A stretch of 46,265 nucleotides of DNA from a virus (lineage: Duplodnaviria > Caudoviricetes): positions 1 to 46,265 of the IMG/VR virus record IMGVR_UViG_3300047561_000454. One strand, 5' to 3'. The notes beneath the pieces are model-generated. The model saw only the letters and a program-made list of their open reading frames with translations, made no database searches and had not been told where the DNA came from. Of this stretch, positions 26,901-41,405 are shown in pieces; positions within the stretch are counted from its first letter, which is position 1, and each line of letters starts with the position of its first letter. The position numbers were made by a program, and so were the translations under genes.

Positions 26901-29900
26901 GTTACTAATGATACATTCATATACACGATTATTAAACTTAACTATACTAGGACTAAAGAAGAATGGCTCTGGCAGTAATGCATAGTCACCCGAAGAAGCC
27001 ATTGTCATTGATCCTGAATCGTCACTTAATGATACCAATGAACTTAATAAACTTGGCAATGTAGATATTCTTACAGTAGTTGAAGTTGGCTTATCATATA
27101 TATAATACGTAAGTCCTAAATCAATACTCCCAAATACTGTTCCAGTGAATACCACTGGTTCATTGACATTGAAACTAGCAGAACTCGTGACAGTAATTCT
27201 GTCAGTTGATGCCACAGTTTGAGTTGCAGTAGTAGATGTTATTCCACTATACGCAAAATTTTGTCCAGTTACTGGAGCTGTTAATTCTGGATTAGAGTAA
27301 ACAGCTACTTGATTTGATGATATGACTTCAAGATAATATTGTTCAACTACACCTGCAGGAGTTCCTACGCAAACTGCTGAGGTGATTCCGCCAATGGTGT
27401 CAATAGTTAATGCAGTCAATGTTAAATCATTTGCAGGGGTAGTTCCACCGATACTAGAACCTGCGATAGTTACAGTATTGTCAACTGCATATCCTTGACC
27501 AGCACTAGTAATTATAATTCTATATCCACCTAATATGTAACTTACATCAAAGTTAGGGTCAGTAACCACTTCTTGTACCATTGTTACTTGTGTTTCTAAT
27601 ACATAATGTGTGCCAGAACCAGTTGTAGTAGTTTTAATTGTTACCCCGCCCACAACATACGCTAAATTAAAACTGTTTCCAACTTTATTAGCAACATAGT
27701 AAGTAGTAAATACGTTGAACGGTGCAGGAAGAGTACCAGTGCTACTAAGAACAACTGCTGTTCCATCAGGGAAAGCCAAACCATTTACTACAGTAATAGT
27801 AGCAGCAGATGGGGTAGAAGCGTTAGTAATAGTACCAACCTGTATAGAATTTAATAAACTATCTACAACTGTTACATACCCTTCTCCACTCATCGTCATT
27901 ACTCCACTGTCAGTGGTAACGTTATATACTGTACCAAACAATTGTTCTTCTGATATAGTAAATCTACCTGTATTTGCAGGAGGACTATCATCTATAGAGA
28001 ATACATAGTATACTAGATTTAGTAATACTCCACCAATCGAACCGCCACTAAAATAAATTGGCATACCAACATACAATACATCGGTCAAATTAGGATTTGA
28101 TGACAACGGTACAGATAACCAATTTGTACCTGTTGTAGTATTTGTTATGGTTAGTGCAGTAGTACCTGTTCCTGTAACAGTATAAGGTCCACCTGTTGTA
28201 GTTAATCCACCTATATCATTTTCTACGTTAAATTCAAGACCATTATATATGTTGGCTAGACCACCACTAAAATTAGAAACACAGATTCTATTTACAGTTG
28301 CTAAGGTAGCCGATATGCTTCTAGTCAATAAGTTAGAAATAATTCCTGATAATCCACTATATTGTTGAGAAGTTTGATATAATGTAAATTGCTGTCCAGT
28401 AATTTGCCCAGGGCTTACTGGTATATTAACATTCAGTGTAAGTGACCCTGACCCATTAATTAGTTGTACTGCGTTTGCTTGACTGTTAAGAGTACATGAA
28501 CCAGTATCATTAGTTAAAATTACTGCTTCACCGTTCACTGAAGATGATATAGAGAAAGATGTTCCGTTTGTAAATTTCTCTCTTACATAGTAAGTTGCAC
28601 CTGCAACTATATTACCAAACGTAGTACCAGTAAATATGATAGGTTCATTTACAGTTAGCCCTTGCGTAGATTCACAAGTTATTGAATTATTGCTACTTGA
28701 TGTAGCAGTAACGTCAAACATCAACGGCAAATCATCTGTTGCAGACATTGTAAATGTTTCTAAATCAATTACTGTTAATACATAATATATTTTGTTTTCT
28801 ACTATATTCCCAAACGATTCGTTATTTCCTTCGGAGTTAGTTACGAAGAACAAAGGCATTTTTGTATAGAAACCAACAGTACCATTTTGTCCAGTTGGAG
28901 TTAGTAGTACTGTTACATTGTTTGTTATGCTAGTAGTCGCAACTGCGTTTCTTAATCCGGTATAGTTAATAGTAAGTATAGCTTGATTTGTTAGTTGACC
29001 AACATATAAAATTAATCCTGCTGTGACAACAGTAGCTGTATTCTGTGCAAAAACTGCACCTGGAACACCATTGTCATCAACCGTAGCAGATATAGTAAAA
29101 CCAGTATCTTCTAGCAATGCAGCAGTGCCTGTGCCAGAACTTGTAGATTTTGAAATAACAACATCACCTACTGCATATGTAATACCTACTGTGTCTGCTA
29201 CTAAATTCCAATTTGTTGTACCTAACACTGTAATTACATAGTTATATCCTATATCAAGATTAGAAGAAGAAACGTTAGTTGAGTTTGGTAATTGTACTAA
29301 TGATTTTACATAGTAAGTAGTGCCATCGACTAAAGTAGTACCAATTGTAGACCCTACAAATTTAACTGGCATTCCTATATAAAAACCAATTGTAGAACCA
29401 ATATTGCCGGCGATTGCTGCACCACCTATACTAGGATTAATTTTGATTGCATTTTGATACGCTGTAGTAGAATAACTAGAACTAAAAGTTTGCACAGTAT
29501 TTCTAGTTCTAGATGACCAAGTTAATGTTTGTTGATTTTCTGCATCTAAAATTTCAAAAGTTGCTCCGGCAGCACTAGCTAATATAGAATCAATAGAAGG
29601 ATATTCATTAAACAATTTTATAGATGAAGCTGCTATTCGATTACTATTATTTAAATCCCCTGCATAGAAAGATCCATATACTGAACCCGGTGCCCAATCA
29701 ATAACTTGAGAATTATATGTGGTTCTATCAAATCTCAATGTTATGACATTTTCTCTTATTGGCATTGAATTTGAAATACAGTATCCAATAGCACCTATGC
29801 TAAAATTCTGAGTTCCTGTTCCAGAGTTGCCAAACACTACCCTACTGTGATTTTGAATTGCTTCTTGATACATGGTATAAAGAGCAAAAACCGGCGATGG

Positions 29901-32900
29901 TGTAATTTCTAACAAGTTTACATAATATGCTTGCCCTTCAACTAATCCTTCAATTGGTGTTGAATTAGAACCAACTGTATATACTATTACATCGCCAGTT
30001 TGTAGGTCATATGCAGTGTTTATACCGATAGTGTTATCTAATGCATTTACCTGACTACTATCAATTGATAAAATATAAGCTGGATCGATAACAATTTTAG
30101 GTAGTACTGCATAGCCAGATCCTGGATTAATTACTTCAACTCCAATCACAGTTCCTAAACTCATTATTGCTTCTAGTTGAGCAGGTACCCTTGGTTCTGG
30201 GAATATTGTAGTATCGATGTATGCAGTTATCTTTGGAGGGTTCAAGTAATTTCTACCCGTACTAAGAATAATCACAGAAGGAAGATCCATAAAGATATAT
30301 TCTCCAGGAAAATGTATACTTATGGCAGTACCATTTCTCCCGCGTGAAAGACCAGTTAATTGACTACTTAATAAATCTTTTCCACTATATCCTATTTGTT
30401 CTTCACCGATCGTTATTGTTCCATTTATAGGAAATCCATAAATGTTATCAACATAACAGTATGTTGTATTCAATGAAAGATATGAGTCTAATACGCCAAT
30501 CTGATAATTTTTTTGTCCAATATAAGATTGAGTTTCGTCTACAAATATACCTAAACTTAATCCGTAATTATTATACCATTCAATGTATGCATTACTATCC
30601 CATATAGAACTTGTAGGTGGATATTGATACTCATTATCACCACCATTATAAACTAATTGAGGAGTTACAAACTCGCCAATATTTGAATTCCATTGTGCAG
30701 GTAAGTCAAAGTCTGTTATGTCTCCTTCAAACAAATCAGTACGAGTATATTTAAATATAAATTCTTTTATAACTACGCGGTAAGGTTTAATTTCATTGAG
30801 ATATCCTTCCAAGAATAATTGATTATCAGAACGGAATACTTCTATCGGTAACAATTCACGAATAGTGTGGGCAACATCTAAGAATGAAGTTTTGTTTAAC
30901 CATGTTAGATAATTTTGGCTTTCGATGGTTTCACTTTGAATATATTCAAATAATAAGATTAAACTTTTATTTCTAAAAATTAATAATTCATTTGTATAAA
31001 TTTCTTCATTTAACGCACGAACAATATATCTTGTTTCGGTAGACGGGTATGAATCGAAAGGAGTTGTATCAAAGAAATTATCACCAAACCCTAATCTAGC
31101 ACTAGGGTAATCCCATAGTACAGATGAAAATTCTATTGTACCATTATCTAACCCTATTCGTGTCCATGATCCGTCTGCACCATATATATAAGTTTCTCCG
31201 TTTCCAGCACCATTGGACAATACTTTTACAATCGTTCCTGATTCCACTGTTAGAGTAGATAAATCAGCATACAAAGGAACTTGTATTGCTGCTTTAGTAT
31301 TATTACTGTATCCAATCGCCCACCAATTTATATAATTCCAATATTGAGTAGTATCAAACGACTCACCTGTTTCATTTAAAAACACCGGATTTCTAATTTC
31401 AGTAATTGGAAACTCTGCTAGTACTGTATTAGCATATTGTAAGTAATTCTTCAATGCACCAAATCTGTTGTAAAAGAAACCTTGTCTTGGTCTAGCTAAT
31501 ATACCGGTTTGAACTGCTTTTGGTAGCAATGGATCAGGTACAACACTGCCAGCATTGTCAACACCACACATACTATCAAGCATTCTGTTATATAAACCAA
31601 TTGGTTGTTCAATGCCCACAGCACCACGATATTGATAGCTAGCACCAGAGCCCGGTGTGCCTGGTAAGAAGTCATCAGCATAGTTAGCACGTATTAAGCT
31701 ATATTGTTCATGCGGAACATCATCATTAGCTCCAGTGGCATATCCAATATTTAAAACAGTGTCGTTTGCATTAATAAATGCAAACGAATTATATATTGCA
31801 TACACGCTTGGTAATAGTGGTGCAAAATAACTTATTCCAGTCGATTGTGGAAATATTATATAATATTCTAAAACAGTGTCAGATAAAGTTTTTCCTATTT
31901 TTTCAAAAATAATATTAGTGTTTCTTGCCCAGAAATAATATATAGGTGTCACTAAACCTTCAGCATTTATTATTCCGCGAATAGTATAATTATCTATGTT
32001 ATACGGAACTCCGGGGCCTGTGTATTGTGATGGAGGAACATTACTGCTTATCCATGAATACACAGCTACATCACTTCCTGGAAAAACTCGTCCCCACCAT
32101 TGACTGTTATATGATACATCATTTTGATGATAATTCATAAATTTAGTATTAGAAGTATCGAACCATAATTGTCCTAGATGTTCACTTCCCCATACTATTC
32201 CGCCTTGTGTGTTAGTTGGACTATTGTATCCAGCTGGATCATTATTTGAAGTAACATCAATGTTTTCTGCAACTGCGCCTAATAATTTTCCTTGCAATGG
32301 ATCAATATAATCTAGATTTTCCAATGTGTTATTAGTCAACGCACTAAACAATTGAATATTGAATATACCATTGATATCTACAATAGGTGCTGAACTTCTA
32401 TATACAGCCCAATCTGGGGTACTACTTTGACTTACATAAGTTATAACTTGTCCATTGTATCCCGTATTTGGAACAAAGTTAGGGGTACCAATTGTTACAT
32501 GATTGCTATTGAAATCTAATGCTGTGCCAAAATTTGGTTGAGCCCCATAGTTTATGTCTAATGAGTTTGTGCTTTGTGCATATACAAAATTACCTGTATT
32601 ATCTATGTTTTCGTTGTATGCTGATATATAATCAAACATATAAACAGCACCTGCATTAGTGAAAATGTCTATCCACTGAGTGGCATTATTATCGAATACA
32701 GTATCATTGTCTAATTCATCGTCAGTAAAATCAAATGTTGTTGCACTGTAACGTGACCCTGTAGGAGCACTTGCAATGAATGATCCACTGTAAGATTTAT
32801 CAAATTTTACTACAGTGCCAAATTGTGTTCTACCATCAAGGTGCGGACACATTATCTTTTGTGTTCTATTGTATATAGTTATACCTAATTCACTTAAAGT

Positions 32901-35900
32901 AGCGGTATCAACTACTGTCAATGATAATTTATTACCAGCTGTTCCAATGGTAGTATCGACCAACGATATTACTAATTTTTCATTAAGTGTTGTTGCATAC
33001 ACATTTGGTATCGAAACGATATTTATACTAGCGGCAGAAGTGGTAGCGTTGCCAATTGGTAAAGTTACACTAAATCCATTAATTAAAATAATTCTAGGAG
33101 TTGTGATGTTACACGTAGTATCACCTACGACTATGCCATATTTTTCTCCTGCATTTGTATATCTATGTACTGCACCTTCGTAGTTTTTATCACTTAACTC
33201 ATATGGTGCGCCAATTAATATTTCATTTGCATATCGGTTGACATCTACACTTGTACCAAATTCTACCCCTACTCTTGGAGTTTCTTGATTGGTCAATGTT
33301 TGAGTTAATACAAAATTACTACCACTTACATTAACTAAATCGCCGGCATTTATTGTTAAGGTTTGTGTACTAAACAAATATAATGAAGATCCAATAACAG
33401 CATAGGTATTATCATTCAATCGTGTTCCATTAACTGATACAAACAACGGGGTAGTTTGCACCGTGACTGTCATACTACCAGAAGCAGTTACCAAATCAAT
33501 TGGCGCTGTTGCATCCCGAGTTAAAGCAATTCTGAATGTAGTACTAGTTGGTTTATCATAAACATAATATACAGTAGACGCTGCAATTGCACCTGAAGAT
33601 ATTAATGTACCAGAAAATACCACTGGATCATTTACACTAAACCCTGTGCTACTAGAAACAGTAATCCTATCTGTAGTACTATTGGTAGCAGTAGCAGTTT
33701 GTGTAACTGTAGTTGGTGTCCACGCTAATGGAAGTACTACTGGTATGAATGGTTGATTATTTGTAGGTGAAATATAGTTTTGTACAGTTCTACTAAAGAT
33801 ATAAGTGTAACCATAATTTTGAGTATTTGCATCATAATCTTCATAAGGAGTACCTATAACCACAGTATCACCATAATAATCAGTTGCAATAGAATAACCA
33901 AATGTGTCTCCGCTAACTAACCCAGCTACAGTAATTCTAGTAGAATATTCATATAAATCTGTTAGTGCAGACTTGCGATAGACATAAACATAATTATTAT
34001 CTATGTCAGAAATATACAACCAATTTTGATCGCCGGACAACGCAGTTGAAGTACCCCAAGTTGTCACTCCCCCCGGCGCTGTTATTGTTTGATACAAGTT
34101 TAATGTATTTGTTAGAGTAGTGCTAATTAGTTGATAAATGTAAACATTTGGTGAACCAGTTGGTTCTGATATCACAAATAAATCATCAATGTATGAGATA
34201 CTTGAACCAAATGACGTTCCATGTGCTATAGATTGAATTGCAGTATATGAATTAGTATCAGAATAATATCTATATCTATATACTATTCCGGCAGAACTAT
34301 CTGCTATCAAATATCCCAATGTGTCAGTATATGCCACAGCACTACCAAATGTTTGACTTCCTAACTCTGTTATTTCATTTGTGTATTGATAGTTTAAACT
34401 TTTGCGGTAAACAGCCCAACCTCCATCATTATTTGTGTCTACCCATACTTTAAGTTTATTAAATTCATTATCTAATAATGGTAGATTGATAATTTCAGGT
34501 GCAGTAGCTACACGTTGATTTTGCATTCTAAAACCAACCCCCTGACCAGTTAAACTAGTTATGTTAGGGTCTAGTGATAGATTAATGATAACTCTCTGTG
34601 TATCAACTACTGCTGCAACGACATAATAATTATCTATAGCAGCATCAAAATTAACCACTGCAAAAATTTGGTAAGCTGTTAAATTATGTGCTTGATTAAA
34701 TCTAATTGTTACTGTGCCATTCAGATTATTTTGTGCTGAGATTACAGAACCTAAACTGGCAGGAGTATAAACTTTCCAATCTGATAGATAATTTGCTAAC
34801 CAAGTATAGTCACGAACATAAAATTCAGTTATTGGTATTGTAGTTCCAACTGAATTCTGTGCAGTTGCTAAACCAGAATAATAATAGCTAGCCATTTTAA
34901 CATCATCAAAATTAACATAGCCTGCTGTAGGATATAATTCCGAAGGTTGAGTATAAGATATAGTAGGTAGTATATCAACATTGTTTATTGGTCTACCATA
35001 ATTGAATACGCTATATATAGGTACTTGTTGTTGAACTCCATCAATAGCAATTCCATTAGTCAATCCTACAATACTAGGATTACCAGTTAAATCAGTTTGA
35101 TCTAATTTAAATTGAATAAAGTTATTATTCAATATTCCGCCAAAGTCCCCTGACTTTATAGCCCAATTTTCATATAGTTCATAATCAATGCCGCCTTGCG
35201 CTAAAGTTGCACCTTTAAAGGCACTAGCAGCATTTAATGTACCTTTATCTTTAATCATGTTCTTGTAAACATTAACTTGTGTGATATCAGACAAATCAGC
35301 TAATGCCATATAGTCTCTAGGACGATATCCAATTAAACTAAAACTTAGTAAGTCCGCATCACTTTCTAAGTTAGCTTTGCTTACATCATAGTATAATGTA
35401 CTTTCATAAGAACGAGTTTGGCTATTAGGCAACAGTCCTTTTTGTATTTGCTCATAATCGGTTTCTAACCAATCTTGTTCGTCAAATATTTCTTTTGCTT
35501 GCACTATAGTTATTGCAGTCCAGTATCTATTTTTGTATTTTACAATTGAACCTTGAGTATATTTTACTTCTCTAGTCCACTCGACAATGTTATCTTGATT
35601 TAGTATGAACCCATATGCATCTACAGTTCCGTTCCACTCAGCGGTTTTTGTACCACGTACAAAAATACGATTTTGTCTTAATCCAGTAATTAAATTATAA
35701 ATTACATCGTTAAACAATGTTAAGTTATTAAATACAACACCATGTTCAATATTACTAATATTAAATTGACCATATGATATAGTGTCACCTTCATTTAACG
35801 CAGTTACACTAAATGCGGTTCCGTCACGTACCACAGACATATCAGTGCCTGATATAGGGTATAGGCTTTGATTCAAAATAAAATTAAACTGTTGCAATGT

Positions 35901-38900
35901 TAGTGGTTGAACTATATAACTTTCTTTGTTTATTGCTAATATTTTTGCAGCCGGATTGATAGAAGTAATACTACCGTTTGCCCAACCAGTTTGTGCCCAA
36001 TACAAAAACTCTGCAACCATTTGATTCCAGGTAATTGGAATACCGTTTTCTATTTCATCAAATATAACACCTTTTTGTATTAAATATTCACCATAGCTAA
36101 CTAAAAATTGTGATACTTGTTGAACTGTATAGAATTCTGTTCCATATGGAACTGTCACTGTCCTATCATAAAAGTCTGTTGCTACTCTAACAGTAAGATT
36201 ATCGACGGTGATTATTTCAATTGCTGGATTTGGTTTGGGTGCTAACACTTTAAAATATGCATTAGTTTGACTATTTCCAAATACTTTAAATCCGCGATCA
36301 GTAATCTGTACCACAACACTGCTATAAACTATTCTATCAAATGGTTGATTTTCATACAACAATACTTGATAACTTTCATCAGGGATTAATAGTGAACTGT
36401 TATTGCTGTTAGCAGAACTTTTTTCTACATAGAATTTCAACAAATTCTTATCACTGAATCCAGCTAAACGATATACTAATCTTACATCTAAATTGTCTAA
36501 CAATAAAGTTACATTAGCAGTAGCATCAACTCCAACTTGTTTTTCATAATCAATAATCCAGTTAATATAGCTGGTAGCAGGTGTTCCAGAACCGTAAATT
36601 GGTATTTCACTGATGATTAAATGATCTCTATTGTTTACTAGGAATTGATTAAATTCAGCATTATATTTGTAATTATCTACGTCTACCCCTAGATTGAAGA
36701 AGTCGGCAGGTTTAGTAATAGCCAATATACGCATTAAATCAAATGGCCATGTACTGCTTCTGCGATAGCTGAATTCAGCAGGACCAACATCACCCACAAC
36801 CCAGTCACGCTGGAATGCATTTTCATCATATGCCCCCACAATAGAAATCAATGGTGATACTAAATCTCCATTACTATCTACTGGGATGATTTTTAATAAT
36901 TCTGGTCGAGCATAATTGGATTTTATATAAGAATTCCCATTATTCCAGACTAACCCTTCAGCTAAATCTGTCCAAAGAACTAAGTTTTCACTAGTATATG
37001 GTGCAGCACCATATCTAGTTTCCCACCATGTTGGCTTATTAGTAATCCCTAACATTTCCCATGGAGTTTGATCTGGAGTTGAAGTGTCGTAATAGTATAA
37101 GTACAATCCTCTAAAATATCCTTGTTCAATTGGTTGACGATTTATTTTGTTGCCACTATCAACATAGTTATAACTAAATTGATTGTTCTTGTTGTAGAAT
37201 TGAGTCTTGTAATCAATTCTATTTGATCCTACCCAATTTAAGAAAGATTCACTATATATTTGTAAAAACTCATCATAGGTGTAATCTGTTTCTCTAAAGA
37301 AACCTGGAATAATTACGCCTTCGTAAGAACCAGCCGGAACTGTTTCGCTTAATTTTAAATTGTTGTAAATACGAGTTTCGTACTCTAATAACACTTGGTC
37401 TCTGAAATCAACTAATCTATTTGTCGCTGGATCATAGTTTCCATATAATTTAGTAAATGATCCATCGTGTCCTGCAATAAAATACGTCTCAGGATTATAT
37501 GCAGTATCTAATACAACTGCAGGAATAGTCGCTGGATATAAACCTAATTTAGTAGGAGTGTTAGGGGCATAGCTACCATAAGTTTGATTATATTCATTTA
37601 CTGTAATTTGATCATTTGGTTGTAAATCAGTGGTAACAGTTAACGTAGGCCCATCTATACTTAAAGTGTAATCAACTTCTTTTATCAATTGAATTTGCTT
37701 TTCACCGCGTGTTAGATATACTAGTACACTATTGTAATTTGCTGTAGCAAAATTATATATTTGACTTAATGGGTAGACACTAGTGTCTAATGAGTTGGCA
37801 AAAGAATATGTATTAGTAACATATGGGGCTTTTGTTGGGAGCATATCGCTCCAGAAAAAAGGTTGATCATTACTACGTGCAGCATTCATTTGAATTATCG
37901 CATCATCAAGCATTTGAGCAGGAGTCAACATTGTGCTATAGCTAGAATTATTAACTGTATCAATCAATAGATTTTTAAAGGTAATATACTGTCTACTATT
38001 ATATAATAATGCATCAATAATATCGTGTTTTTGATTTCGTAAAAATACGCCCGGTAATACAAGTGAAGCACTGTTCTGTATTATTCTATTACCCCATGGA
38101 ACTAAATTACCTAAATCACGATAATTATTTGACCCAAATACTTCTCCTGTCGTGTTTGGATTGTTGAAGAAAATACTTTGATATTGACCGCGAATGTCAC
38201 CAATGTTGGCGGTAGTTATATCTTCATTGAAAGGGTTATTGTTTAAATTATTGGGAATTTGATAATACGCGGTGTTACTTACTTGATCACTTAGTATTAA
38301 AATTTGTACTACTGTTTCAACTGCATCAATAACGGAAATATTAACAGTGGTTGTTGTATCAGTGACTGTTACTGTAAATTCACTTAGTAAATACTTATTA
38401 TTAATGAAAACTTGTACTGTAGGCCAATTTGTTTTAGTTGAACTCATTGGAGCAATGTCACAGGTAAAAGAATAGACAGGCGCTAGTGCAGTCCAATCAA
38501 ATTCAAATATTTGATATTGTACACTAGGTGATACCGTGGTTTGCCAACCTAACTCTCTTACATATGTTAAACGATCTGTGTAATTATAAACATATCCGGT
38601 GCTAACATTTTGCGTTACCGCAGTAGTACCATCGACATAATTAAAAGTATCTAAATTTAAAGAGATATCAAAACTAATATCTCCAATATTATCAATTGAA
38701 CTATAACGAATAGGAAAACCCAAATATGTATCATCAACGCCTGAACCTATGCCATATCTAAATAATGTACTTCCAGTAAATGATGTGCTGGTATAAACCA
38801 TTGGGTCGCCAAAACTTACTCCGTTTTCATCAAATATATCAAATTTTGGGGGCTGATTTAATGTTGTTTTTTGTTGTCCTTCTTCCCAAATAGAACCGTC

Positions 38901-41378
38901 AAAATAATAATCTTTACCTATATTATAGTAACCCCTATAAACAGCAGTTTGTTCTTCAGGTAATACCAAACCATCAGCTGCCTCAAATAAAGTAATTAAC
39001 GGAGTGCCTTGAAATTCTGTAGTAGAAAATCTTGCTATGTATATTTTATTTCTTACACTTAATGTAGTGTCTGCTGAAAATACTATTCTTGCACCATCAA
39101 AAAGTGCGTAATTATCTAATGGGGTATCAGCAGTAACTACAGATGCAACCGAAGTACCTGTTATGATAGATTGATTATACCAAGTAACAGTGATAACTGT
39201 ATCAGTCCCGACAGTTGACACATTACTAACCAATGTAATTGAAGGCAACACTTCAGATGAATCTGTTATATATTGATTAAGTTCAAATAAACCTGAAACT
39301 CCGCTGGTAGGTACTGTTATGGTAGTAGAGTATGGATATACTGAGGTAGTCATTGTTCCACTAGCACTAGTGAGAACAAATTCTGAACCTCCTTTAATGG
39401 TAGATATTGTGATACTGTTGGATTGAATGGCAGTTATAAAATATGTGGTACCAGAAACAATACCACCAAATACAGTTCCACCAAAACTTATAGTATCATT
39501 TATATACAATCCTGTAGTGCTACTTAGAATAATTTGATTAGTTATTGCGCTAGTTATCGTAGCTGTCCTACTGGTAACTGGACCAGTTACCGGTGCGATC
39601 ACAGCATTGTATGTTGTCCATCCTGCTACGTCCGGATAATAACTAGATTGTCCTGCTACATAAGTAAATGCATCAGTAGTTCGTGTATCAAAAAAGTCTA
39701 CCGGATTTTTACCTACTGTACCAGAATCAAATAATCTTAGATTTGGATAAAATTCAATTATTGGCCTTTTTGCTTTATTATTATCAGTTGCGTAAAGAGT
39801 TACTAATGAAGGGGTATTGTTGTATTCGGCGGAAGCCTTAATAACATCTATGTGAAACCAACGATTGCTTCTTGACCAAGCATTTCTATTAATCGAGTTT
39901 CTGGCAATAGTAATGTAATCTGGGTAAACAGGCACATATAAACTAGAATCATAATTTCCAATATCATATGGGGTTGTGTCAAATGGGGTGTATTCCCCTG
40001 CAGCAAACAATCCAGGTGACACTAAGTTGGTTACAGAAAGCAATTCAATGCCAGTGCCTACACCTTCAACATAGTATTCTGTGTTGTTATATGTGTTTGG
40101 GAATATGTTTCCTTGAAATATAACCTTTAGTCCGTTTGTGAATACTACACCATTTGGAGAAGTATATTGTGTTTTGCCTAATATATCTGTTATTACATTG
40201 ATTTGACTGGAACTATTATTTTCAACTAATTTTATAATACCCACTCTAGTTGATATTGTTCCATCTTGGTAATACAAAGTATCTAGAATTGGACTATTGT
40301 ATGGTTCTTTTTCGATGTACCCTAACGCATTTCTGTAAAAATTATTGTTTATCCACTCAACTCCATATAATACAGTTATTCTTTGCTCATTTGGAATAGC
40401 ATCACCTAATGTCAGTGATATGACAGGATTATTAGTTGCACCAGTCAACGTAATTTGATAGAAATTAGTTGCAGTAGCTAAATCATTTTCACCAGTGTTG
40501 TAAAACATTAGTGTCAATCCATCCAGTGAGGTGATGCTATCAATGCCACCTATATCATTTACATATGCACCTTGAACTTGACTATAAGGTAAAGTAGAAA
40601 CTACGTCTACTGTATTATCGCCAGAAAAAATATAATCAGCTAATGCATTTTTTTGTGGTACTGTAAATGTGATAGTTCCAATTGATTCACCGTTATTAGT
40701 AACCCCATATACATCACGAGTTTGTAAATTGGTTTGTGTTGGACTATATCCAGTAATACCCGGAGTACCTTGTATCCAAAATTCAGTATCTTGATTTACA
40801 ATAAAAGTGTAAGTTCCACCGCGAATTAGTGTTAATGTTGGGTTGACTGAAGAACCATTTAACGATTCAGATCGTATTACATAATCAGCTGGGCGCGATT
40901 CCACTACGTATATAGCTTCTGTATAAACTGCACTAGGTTGTACGGTCACACGTTCAGGACCAGTTGGTAACCAATAATATTGATTGTAGTTTATTATTTT
41001 ATCTAGATCAGTAAAAGAGTCCCATGAATAGATTTGACTACTGAACAGTCTGCTGTTGTTATCTGTTATGCCGCCTCGCAAATTCAATGCATCTACGATA
41101 CCCGGATAGCTAATGAAATCTTTTGCAGTAGTATCGTTTTCTTTTAAGAATACAACACCCGGATCTAATTGATAATCAGTTCTAATTTTTGTAGGTTCAG
41201 TTACATAATAATCATTGGCATTAATACCATATCCAAATTTACTACCAATATACCCTTCAATTCTTTCAGTATTAGGTTGAGCAACTAATTGGTCTAGTGT
41301 TGCTGCTAAAAACTGAGCGTTGGTTGTGGTTTTGAATATTTCTGGTAGAAAATCTAATGTTCTAATTCTTGTTGCCAT
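20994..41378 (-). CDS. Giant (6794 aa) baseplate wedge/fibre-like virion structural protein
   Basis: Follows the gp6-like gene. Contains FG-GAP-like propeller repeats (FGYSIA..VVIGTP), BNR-like repeats ([16 protein letters not shown]), many ~70-aa beta repeats (ITV..T.GL.VN.PVVF.G..FG.I..G.TYYV..FTIS) and inserted SLGTTDW modules. Confidence 0.85.
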   Translation of the reverse strand: MATRIRTLDFLPEIFKTTTNAQFLAATLDQLVAQPNTERIEGYIGSKFGYGINANDYYVTEPTKIRTDYQLDPGVVFLKENDTTAKDFISYPGIVDALNLRGGITDNNSRLFSSQIYSWDSFTDLDKIINYNQYYWLPTGPERVTVQPSAVYTEAIYVVESRPADYVIRSESLNGSSVNPTLTLIRGGTYTFIVNQDTEFWIQGTPGITGYSPTQTNLQTRDVYGVTNNGESIGTITFTVPQKNALADYIFSGDNTVDVVSTLPYSQVQGAYVNDIGGIDSITSLDGLTLMFYNTGENDLATATNFYQITLTGATNNPVISLTLGDAIPNEQRITVLYGVEWINNNFYRNALGYIEKEPYNSPILDTLYYQDGTISTRVGIIKLVENNSSSQINVITDILGKTQYTSPNGVVFTNGLKVIFQGNIFPNTYNNTEYYVEGVGTGIELLSVTNLVSPGLFAAGEYTPFDTTPYDIGNYDSSLYVPVYPDYITIARNSINRNAWSRSNRWFHIDVIKASAEYNNTPSLVTLYATDNNKAKRPIIEFYPNLRLFDSGTVGKNPVDFFDTRTTDAFTYVAGQSSYYPDVAGWTTYNAVIAPVTGPVTSRTATITSAITNQIILSSTTGLYINDTISFGGTVFGGIVSGTTYFITAIQSNSITISTIKGGSEFVLTSASGTMTTSVYPYSTTITVPTSGVSGLFELNQYITDSSEVLPSITLVSNVSTVGTDTVITVTWYNQSIITGTSVASVVTADTPLDNYALFDGARIVFSADTTLSVRNKIYIARFSTTEFQGTPLITLFEAADGLVLPEEQTAVYRGYYNIGKDYYFDGSIWEEGQQKTTLNQPPKFDIFDENGVSFGDPMVYTSTSFTGSTLFRYGIGSGVDDTYLGFPIRYSSIDNIGDISFDISLNLDTFNYVDGTTAVTQNVSTGYVYNYTDRLTYVRELGWQTTVSPSVQYQIFEFDWTALAPVYSFTCDIAPMSSTKTNWPTVQVFINNKYLLSEFTVTVTDTTTTVNISVIDAVETVVQILILSDQVSNTAYYQIPNNLNNNPFNEDITTANIGDIRGQYQSIFFNNPNTTGEVFGSNNYRDLGNLVPWGNRIIQNSASLVLPGVFLRNQKHDIIDALLYNSRQYITFKNLLIDTVNNSSYSTMLTPAQMLDDAIIQMNAARSNDQPFFWSDMLPTKAPYVTNTYSFANSLDTSVYPLSQIYNFATANYNSVLVYLTRGEKQIQLIKEVDYTLSIDGPTLTVTTDLQPNDQITVNEYNQTYGSYAPNTPTKLGLYPATIPAVVLDTAYNPETYFIAGHDGSFTKLYGNYDPATNRLVDFRDQVLLEYETRIYNNLKLSETVPAGSYEGVIIPGFFRETDYTYDEFLQIYSESFLNWVGSNRIDYKTQFYNKNNQFSYNYVDSGNKINRQPIEQGYFRGLYLYYYDTSTPDQTPWEMLGITNKPTWWETRYGAAPYTSENLVLWTDLAEGLVWNNGNSYIKSNYARPELLKIIPVDSNGDLVSPLISIVGAYDENAFQRDWVVGDVGPAEFSYRRSSTWPFDLMRILAITKPADFFNLGVDVDNYKYNAEFNQFLVNNRDHLIISEIPIYGSGTPATSYINWIIDYEKQVGVDATANVTLLLDNLDVRLVYRLAGFSDKNLLKFYVEKSSANSNNSSLLIPDESYQVLLYENQPFDRIVYSSVVVQITDRGFKVFGNSQTNAYFKVLAPKPNPAIEIITVDNLTVRVATDFYDRTVTVPYGTEFYTVQQVSQFLVSYGEYLIQKGVIFDEIENGIPITWNQMVAEFLYWAQTGWANGSITSINPAAKILAINKESYIVQPLTLQQFNFILNQSLYPISGTDMSVVRDGTAFSVTALNEGDTISYGQFNISNIEHGVVFNNLTLFNDVIYNLITGLRQNRIFVRGTKTAEWNGTVDAYGFILNQDNIVEWTREVKYTQGSIVKYKNRYWTAITIVQAKEIFDEQDWLETDYEQIQKGLLPNSQTRSYESTLYYDVSKANLESDADLLSFSLIGYRPRDYMALADLSDITQVNVYKNMIKDKGTLNAASAFKGATLAQGGIDYELYENWAIKSGDFGGILNNNFIQFKLDQTDLTGNPSIVGLTNGIAIDGVQQQVPIYSVFNYGRPINNVDILPTISYTQPSELYPTAGYVNFDDVKMASYYYSGLATAQNSVGTTIPITEFYVRDYTWLANYLSDWKVYTPASLGSVISAQNNLNGTVTIRFNQAHNLTAYQIFAVVNFDAAIDNYYVVAAVVDTQRVIINLSLDPNITSLTGQGVGFRMQNQRVATAPEIINLPLLDNEFNKLKVWVDTNNDGGWAVYRKSLNYQYTNEITELGSQTFGSAVAYTDTLGYLIADSSAGIVYRYRYYSDTNSYTAIQSIAHGTSFGSSISYIDDLFVISEPTGSPNVYIYQLISTTLTNTLNLYQTITAPGGVTTWGTSTALSGDQNWLYISDIDNNYVYVYRKSALTDLYEYSTRITVAGLVSGDTFGYSIATDYYGDTVVIGTPYEDYDANTQNYGYTYIFSRTVQNYISPTNNQPFIPVVLPLAWTPTTVTQTATATNSTTDRITVSSSTGFSVNDPVVFSGTLISSGAIAASTVYYVYDKPTSTTFRIALTRDATAPIDLVTASGSMTVTVQTTPLFVSVNGTRLNDNTYAVIGSSLYLFSTQTLTINAGDLVNVSGSNFVLTQTLTNQETPRVGVEFGTSVDVNRYANEILIGAPYELSDKNYEGAVHRYTNAGEKYGIVVGDTTCNITTPRIILINGFSVTLPIGNATTSAASINIVSIPNVYATTLNEKLVISLVDTTIGTAGNKLSLTVVDTATLSELGITIYNRTQKIMCPHLDGRTQFGTVVKFDKSYSGSFIASAPTGSRYSATTFDFTDDELDNDTVFDNNATQWIDIFTNAGAVYMFDYISAYNENIDNTGNFVYAQSTNSLDINYGAQPNFGTALDFNSNHVTIGTPNFVPNTGYNGQVITYVSQSSTPDWAVYRSSAPIVDINGIFNIQLFSALTNNTLENLDYIDPLQGKLLGAVAENIDVTSNNDPAGYNSPTNTQGGIVWGSEHLGQLWFDTSNTKFMNYHQNDVSYNSQWWGRVFPGSDVAVYSWISSNVPPSQYTGPGVPYNIDNYTIRGIINAEGLVTPIYYFWARNTNIIFEKIGKTLSDTVLEYYIIFPQSTGISYFAPLLPSVYAIYNSFAFINANDTVLNIGYATGANDDVPHEQYSLIRANYADDFLPGTPGSGASYQYRGAVGIEQPIGLYNRMLDSMCGVDNAGSVVPDPLLPKAVQTGILARPRQGFFYNRFGALKNYLQYANTVLAEFPITEIRNPVFLNETGESFDTTQYWNYINWWAIGYSNNTKAAIQVPLYADLSTLTVESGTIVKVLSNGAGNGETYIYGADGSWTRIGLDNGTIEFSSVLWDYPSARLGFGDNFFDTTPFDSYPSTETRYIVRALNEEIYTNELLIFRNKSLILLFEYIQSETIESQNYLTWLNKTSFLDVAHTIRELLPIEVFRSDNQLFLEGYLNEIKPYRVVIKEFIFKYTRTDLFEGDITDFDLPAQWNSNIGEFVTPQLVYNGGDNEYQYPPTSSIWDSNAYIEWYNNYGLSLGIFVDETQSYIGQKNYQIGVLDSYLSLNTTYCYVDNIYGFPINGTITIGEEQIGYSGKDLLSSQLTGLSRGRNGTAISIHFPGEYIFMDLPSVIILSTGRNYLNPPKITAYIDTTIFPEPRVPAQLEAIMSLGTVIGVEVINPGSGYAVLPKIVIDPAYILSIDSSQVNALDNTIGINTAYDLQTGDVIVYTVGSNSTPIEGLVEGQAYYVNLLEITPSPVFALYTMYQEAIQNHSRVVFGNSGTGTQNFSIGAIGYCISNSMPIRENVITLRFDRTTYNSQVIDWAPGSVYGSFYAGDLNNSNRIAASSIKLFNEYPSIDSILASAAGATFEILDAENQQTLTWSSRTRNTVQTFSSSYSTTAYQNAIKINPSIGGAAIAGNIGSTIGFYIGMPVKFVGSTIGTTLVDGTTYYVKSLVQLPNSTNVSSSNLDIGYNYVITVLGTTNWNLVADTVGITYAVGDVVISKSTSSGTGTAALLEDTGFTISATVDDNGVPGAVFAQNTATVVTAGLILYVGQLTNQAILTINYTGLRNAVATTSITNNVTVLLTPTGQNGTVGFYTKMPLFFVTNSEGNNESFGNIVENKIYYVLTVIDLETFTMSATDDLPLMFDVTATSSSNNSITCESTQGLTVNEPIIFTGTTFGNIVAGATYYVREKFTNGTSFSISSSVNGEAVILTNDTGSCTLNSQANAVQLINGSGSLTLNVNIPVSPGQITGQQFTLYQTSQQYSGLSGIISNLLTRSISATLATVNRICVSNFSGGLANIYNGLEFNVENDIGGLTTTGGPYTVTGTGTTALTITNTTTGTNWLSVPLSSNPNLTDVLYVGMPIYFSGGSIGGVLLNLVYYVFSIDDSPPANTGRFTISEEQLFGTVYNVTTDSGVMTMSGEGYVTVVDSLLNSIQVGTITNASTPSAATITVVNGLAFPDGTAVVLSSTGTLPAPFNVFTTYYVANKVGNSFNLAYVVGGVTIKTTTTGSGTHYVLETQVTMVQEVVTDPNFDVSYILGGYRIIITSAGQGYAVDNTVTIAGSSIGGTTPANDLTLTALTIDTIGGITSAVCVGTPAGVVEQYYLEVISSNQVAVYSNPELTAPVTGQNFAYSGITSTTATQTVASTDRITVTSSASFNVNEPVVFTGTVFGSIDLGLTYYIYDKPTSTTVRISTLPSLLSSLVSLSDDSGSMTMASSGDYALLPEPFFFSPSIVKFNNRVYECIISNNDNEFIIGKWELLTPDNRNLNALDRIMGYYQPTVNMPGIDLAQLVTGITYPNSTYLGNSFAPADEFTLNTVLTDQTFYPTGLNGQSITFKGSTYFIATNTSEYSSINTNTGSNWTINRLSNTPINITSIIYTGDTAGKFILSSNNTATPILTSDDGINWAATSIYNSTDPILLSSSGVTLNRVTYSNIATVAVGSSIITSLTQPNDNVPYLWDETFTFTNGFTNEFNGVAYVSTAGFTGFIAVGLGQTASGGTATPTNIGIIYSSVDGLTWNQVAFSDTTFSLNSITGNNQTIVIVGDNGIIYTSFNGTIWFPQTSPVATNLNNVTWSIYLSKFIAVGDNGVILTSPTNGITWTQQTSNVTENLYDSYSENVSGTLTVVGYNNTVLRSTDSTTWTLDNYVNTPESIYNVQGDSFESGYGPEELVAGVVADNITMIVNTRPGTNWDQTIYQNIGYNVVSLELSPTSGTQTEYSFINAVNTPIQLSVFLIDYTTELSTTLVLGSDYQIDWINKIVTLAEPITYVSSTTYDTLRIDVYEVGNGDQLVKANTETDPIRYNEVTGFNEIYVNANFSAGIYQGSGLIKPTTSPVTASILSTNNINDTLQCDNVDNFVLNGAITFSGNVFGNIVEDQTYYVKSIGYQTNRITISATYNSSTGTAGTIFTLSAASGLMQAIIQTGLGAAWSPPAVYHNGNLLVLGYSATVLRTKASTNTITTITTSGLIVNTPIVFSATIFGGIVHHQTYYIKIIYDANEFTISETVGGPVFELSNGTGSAEFISNDYSIVIADNGITASIIFAADYDNTVDYLAYSFLGQTQPTQYGYTLPQTQQFVGNGSTSSFALDYYVGDLNPTNAIVEVNGLRQTNSVYTISSDTDSILFNSPPAANSSIAVTSYNSTDRQYFSTQYGITGTPGTEFTSITVTNTTASVFNFDQLVTAGNFVIGQPYVIQSIGTTTWTSIGASVVAATSLVAGNQYVVNATGTTNWTAVGATGTVTGSIANQTINGVLTGVLTVTKSLTSTVATAFVVGINYEILALGTTTQAQWNTIAGTTGVVYAIGSTFYCEAVGVGTGTASAHILTINQVLSGTGVTVGTTITGFLTGSGGVGTYTVSATQTVASTTITASAAQNVLFTAQAVGTGTGTTYLASFTATGVGSGTGTAIVGFDQSDFDEAKYWLTTADTSILSINYPLVFGTVISGSGLAAGATYYVTSIINSTTFTVSDTVGGTSPVLATTSGSMTASVNGFTVAAITNINNVITPTSATIGITSTQAGSATVVTAGAFTTTNQYSIVSLGTTTDWNTAAGTAGVTYAVGNLFTAVTVGAGDGTAKLANALISASDPSLNLSVGESIQFKTTNTNAGSFTVTEQYCITSLGNTDWQSIATTYNWIFGNPVVGGIFTASGIGSGSGTAVSTTVNGISTIGTNYTVSAITTNPNIAYAFTIQDQFSASPTVTTAAVATTLFGYADGSSAVIVTTSINPNFELNSIVRIDGVLGSAQLNNNLYYVRPISTTQFELYTQPYNPALNAVNYPVTTISSYGGGGYIWTDGLFTISNTFATSTDDNGNRITVDSTDILIPNTPVYFTQYAASEGTNILGNILAKHKYYIFAVRPEISAGNFIVGNQYEIDSLGTTDWQAIASAYDWITGSPVVGGIFTASGSGTGTGIASGLQEFTISETPFPFQEEVQLVDATGSIFVTQYEQVNVDRLWVTINGYRVPSSSLKLNLYNNLSILAQIVTGDEVIITSMMPTASPNEETYLLNVSQQGDGVVYRANHQTRTWLISPLEILQDTIYLNDATRVTDSVVQNVTAPALVDGVFSIGLISNKNVICHISVLNNTTGLYVSSSNFVVTLVDTAPVLEIQPTGISVGDSLTIATLEGRLLYINGEQIGFNECDIVTNSVSQLTRGANGTGMQTYIPVYSEAFGLIPSNRMSDVLYSETWNPIPGIYDIVDGDPLQIADTQGAIFLRTNIT

Positions 41379-41405
41379 TTTAAAAATCTTTTAGTTATAT
41401 ATTAC

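Noticed and set aside
7013-31690. Alternative-frame minus-strand ORFs 7013-7252 and 31496-31690
   Set aside because: Short, fully inside well-supported genes, with no RBS or slippery site noticed.
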